A stretch of DNA of 64,000 nt from Mobula hypostoma (lineage: Eukaryota). The notes beneath the pieces were generated by a model. It was not told the origin of the DNA and searched no databases. It saw only the letters and a list, made by a program, of their open reading frames with translations. The stretch covers positions 184,824,001 through 184,888,000 of the forward strand of contig NC_086097.1 in the NCBI RefSeq assembly GCF_963921235.1, in the 5' to 3' direction. Below, piece by piece: positions 60,691-64,000 of the stretch (the stretch's first letter is position 1; the number at the start of each line of letters is the position of its first letter). Both the position numbers and the translations under genes were made by a program.

Positions 60691-60714
60691 TTCCTTCATT
60701 CAAGCATCTACACT

Positions 60715-60870
60715 ATCTAGAATCCTAGACAGGTACATAGAGCTTAGAAAAATAGAGGGCTATGGGTAATCCTACAGAATTTCTAAAGTAAGTACATGTT
60801 TGGCACAGCTTTGTGGGCCGAAGGGCCTGTATTGTGCTGTAGGTTTTTTATGTTCTATGCTTCTATGCTA
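60715..60870 (+). mobile_element. CR1 extreme 3'-end fragment
   Basis: Matches 2228-2368 (TAGA.AGGTACAT.GAGC.TAGAAAA.TAG.GGGCTA..GGGCC.AAGGG); TTCTATG tail. Confidence 0.8.
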
Positions 60871-61369
60871 AATGGGAATACAGTGATTATAGACTCAATT
60901 CTAAAGTGTGAAAACATTTTCAAATTTATTGTTGTATAATACACATTTGTAACAATGGAATATAATTTACTTACAATTATTTCTCAAAAATAAAATGGAG
61001 CTATTGTATCCAATATATGCTCTAGTGACCTAGAAACTATTCAGCACTTGTAAGATACACTGAACATTAAACAAGTTATAAAGCGTTTTCAAGATTTTGG
61101 CATTGCAAGAGGCCTCTGGGTGTGTGTGTGTATATATAACAGCCCTTAAACCTAGAAGACTTCCTCTGCACTGTCTGAAATGCTGGAGAGAACCAACAAA
61201 AACAAACAAGGTTCTGGTCTGGATCACTGGACAAATTTCCAAGAGTTGTAGGAGAAAGAAGACAGAGCCTAAGTAATCATTTTCATGTTTCTTTTTATGG
61301 TGGGACATTAACACAAAAGGGCACTTGCTGTTGTAATCTCCTGCTGAGATAGCTGGTGTTGTGGGAAGA

Positions 61370-62300
61370 AGATGGTTTTGTTGCCAAGTTTGCAGATGAT
61401 ATAAAGATTGGTGGAGGGGCAGGTAGTTTTGAGGAAACAAGTAGAATGCAGAAGGACATAGACAGATTAGGAGAATGGGCAAGAAAGTAGCAAATGAAAT
61501 ATAATTTTGGAAAATGCATGGTCATGCACTTTGGTAGTAGAAATAAATGTGCGGGCTATTTTCTAAATGGGGAGAAAATCCAAAAATATGAGATGCAAAG
61601 GATCTTGGGAGTTCTTGTGCAGACCACCCTAAAGGATAACTTGCAGGTTGAGTTGGTGGTGAGGAAGACAAATGCCATGTTAGTATTCATTTCAAGAGGT
61701 CTAGAATACAAGAGAAAGGATGTGATGCTGAGGCTTTATAAGGCACTGGTGAGGCCTCACCTTGAGTATTGTGAACAGTTTTGGGTCCCTCATCTTAGAA
61801 AAGATGTGCTGGCATTGGAAAGTGTCCAGAGGAGATTCACAAGGATGATTCCAGGAATGAAAGGCTTATCATACGAGGAACATTTGATGGCTCTGGGCCT
61901 GTACTCACTAGAATTCAGAAAGATAAGGGGGGATCTCATTGAAATCTTTCAACTGTTGAAAGGACTAGACAGAGTAGATGTGGAAAGGATGTTTCCCATG
62001 GTGGAGGAGTCTAGGACAAGAGGGCACAGTCTCAGGATAGAGGGGCACCCTTTCAAAACAGAGATGCAGAGACATTTCTTTAGCCAAAGGGTGGCGAATT
62101 TGTGGAATTTGTTGCCACATGCAGCTGTGGAGGCCAGGTCGTTGGGTGTATTTAAGGCAGAGATTGATAGGCTCTTGATTGGAGATGGCATCAAAGTTTA
62201 TGGGGAGAAGGCAGGGAAATGGAGTTGAGAAGGAGGAGAAAAAAAGGATCATCCATGATTGAATGGCGAAGCAGACACAATGGGACAATAATATTGTCTT
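61370..62300 (+). mobile_element. 5'-truncated CR1 LINE (RT C-terminal half)
   Basis: AKFADD at ~61383; ORF 61494-62228 with KCMVMHFG, LVRPHLEYCEQFW, VQRRFTRMIPG, FFSQRV. Confidence 0.92.
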
Positions 62301-62869
62301 ATTATTTGCTCTATGCCTTTTGGGAATATGAGTTTACCTGCTACCCTCAATGTACCATCCTTGCCTTGAATGCATTTGACTGAGGGTTTATGACTAAGAG
62401 CCCCAAATACTCACTTTAGTTAACCAGAATGTTGCAACGGCAGATCAAAGTCCTATGGTCTAATGGTCTTATGGAAAGTCATGGTAGGTGTGAAGAAGGG
62501 ATTGTGGGTGAAAAGGAGGGTGGAGGTTGACCTGGCACAGTGCTGTGAGTGGTGAGATTTTAAATGAAAATGAACTACTTGGAGCCAATCCCCAGTACTG
62601 GACTCCGCAGGCTGTAGCCTTTTAAATTTGATGAAACAGATATTTTGCATGATTAGCTCATATGTTCTGTATGTTTGAATGAAGGTTATGGAAGAGATGT
62701 CCAGATATCTACTTCACATATTAAATGACACTCCCCATTCTCTGGCACTGCTATATCTTGGTGCATCAGACTCAAATAAAACCTAAAGCAAAATCATGGA
62801 ATATCACAGTTTGTTAGACTCCTGTCCTTTGGGTGAAATATTGCTCTGAAAATCCTTGTTTCCTATCCA

Positions 62870-63995
62870 GTGACTGTCAAGCTACAACCACCTTCTTTCT
62901 TGCCTCCCCCAATAACTTAGGTTAGAACCCATCAGGACCTCAGGACATAACCTCCTTAACATAATTTAAAAGACCCAATACCTCTTCTTGATATTAAATA
63001 CCTCTTCTTGATATTAACATGCAGTAAAATATCAGAAGCTCCTTCCCTGAACTCTGTATCATGCAGGTCCTTCTCTTTGGTGAATATAGATGTCAAGTAC
63101 TCATTTACTACTGCAGCAACTTCTCCTGGCTCCAGGTGTAAATTCTTTCCTTTGTCCTTGAGTAGTCCTGCCCTTTCACTAGCTACCCTTTTGTTTTTAA
63201 TGTATGTATGAAGGGCTTTCAGATTTACCTTAATCCTACTCACCAAGGACAATGGACAGCCTTTTATATCCCTTTTTGTTTAGGTTCTTTCTTGTCACAA
63301 TCAAGAGAAAATGTACAGATGGAAATCCAAGCAACACACAGAAAATGCTGCAGGAACTCAGCAGGCCAGGCGGTATCTATGGTAAAGAATTCAGTCGATA
63401 TTTTGTGGGTATTGCTTAGGTTCTTTCCTGCTTCCTTTATAGCCTTGTTTGATTTCATTCCTAAACACTGCAAATGCTTCCTCTTTTCAACTAAATTTAC
63501 AACATCTCTCATCATACAAGTTTGCCGAAATTTTGTGTTTCTACCTCACAAGAACATGCTTTCCTGAGTTCTGAAGGGTCTTGTCCAAAACTGTCAACTA
63601 TTCGTCACTGAATTCTGATTAGCTGGCTTTTATACAACTTCCACATGTCAAGTGTTAACATACCCAGTGACAGCTGTTCCCAATCCACTCTCCCGAATAG
63701 CTGTCTAATACCGCTGTAATTAGACTTACCCAATTTAGCATTTTACCAAGGTCCAGTCTTATCCTTATCCAGAGCTCCTTTAAAACGTGCATAGTTATAA
63801 TTACTGTTCCCAAAATGGTCTCTCACTAAAATTCCAATTACATCAACAGGCTCATTTCTTATTTCCTTGGTTAGACTATTTGTTTCAAGAAACCCTCCTG
63901 AATGCACCTAGCAAACTGTGCCTCATTGAAGCCTCTGACATGAAGTGGAAGTTGGGGGAGGCCCAGTCAATCTTGGGGAAATTAAAGTCACCCAC
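62870..63995 (-). mobile_element. Decayed CR1 ORF2 fragment (endonuclease to inter-domain region)
   Basis: VVGDFNFP antisense at 63977-64000; RIKVNLKAL.TYIKNKR..VNEYL.SIFTKEKD in ORF 62956-63252. Confidence 0.75.
63295..63411 (-). mobile_element. Short PLE 3'-terminal insertion with 19-bp target-site duplication
   Basis: Body matches 14530-14628; TSD TTGTTTAGGTTCTTTCTTG (63276-94) / TTGCTTAGGTTCTTTCCTG (63412-30). Confidence 0.75.
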
Positions 63996-64000
63996 TACAA

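Noticed and set aside
61030..61482. 150-aa minus-strand ORF
   Set aside because: Starts antisense within a CR1 and runs into flanking DNA containing a CA repeat; chance ORF
62977..63016. 20-bp tandem duplication AATACCTCTTCTTGATATTA x2
   Set aside because: Real but an ordinary local duplication in a dead CR1

Overview
Vertebrate, most likely cartilaginous-fish (shark/ray-like), intergenic or intronic DNA. That assignment is an inference from the repeat spectrum: CR1, Rex1/Babar-type and RTE LINEs, V-SINE/HE1-like SINEs, Penelope-like elements (PLEs), and Tc1 and Tigger/pogo DNA transposons. I could not support any host protein-coding exon, tRNA, rRNA or CRISPR array. Every long ORF derives from a retroelement or transposon, or is antisense to one. 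The most notable content: (i) minimal type-I hammerhead ribozyme motifs in the 3' terminal repeats of two different PLE families, plus short fold-back PLE derivatives with long target-site duplications; (ii) three separate three-layer nested insertions; (iii) a near-intact, CpG-rich Rex1/Babar-type LINE (26255-29881) whose 5' leader encodes a YxxxxLL motif; (iv) a hairpin with ~100-bp arms inside a deleted Tigger; and (v) a CpG-retaining, motif-dense unique segment near 50.5-50.8 kb that may be a conserved enhancer. Boundaries of old, decayed repeats are approximate. Family names come from motif recognition, not database searches.
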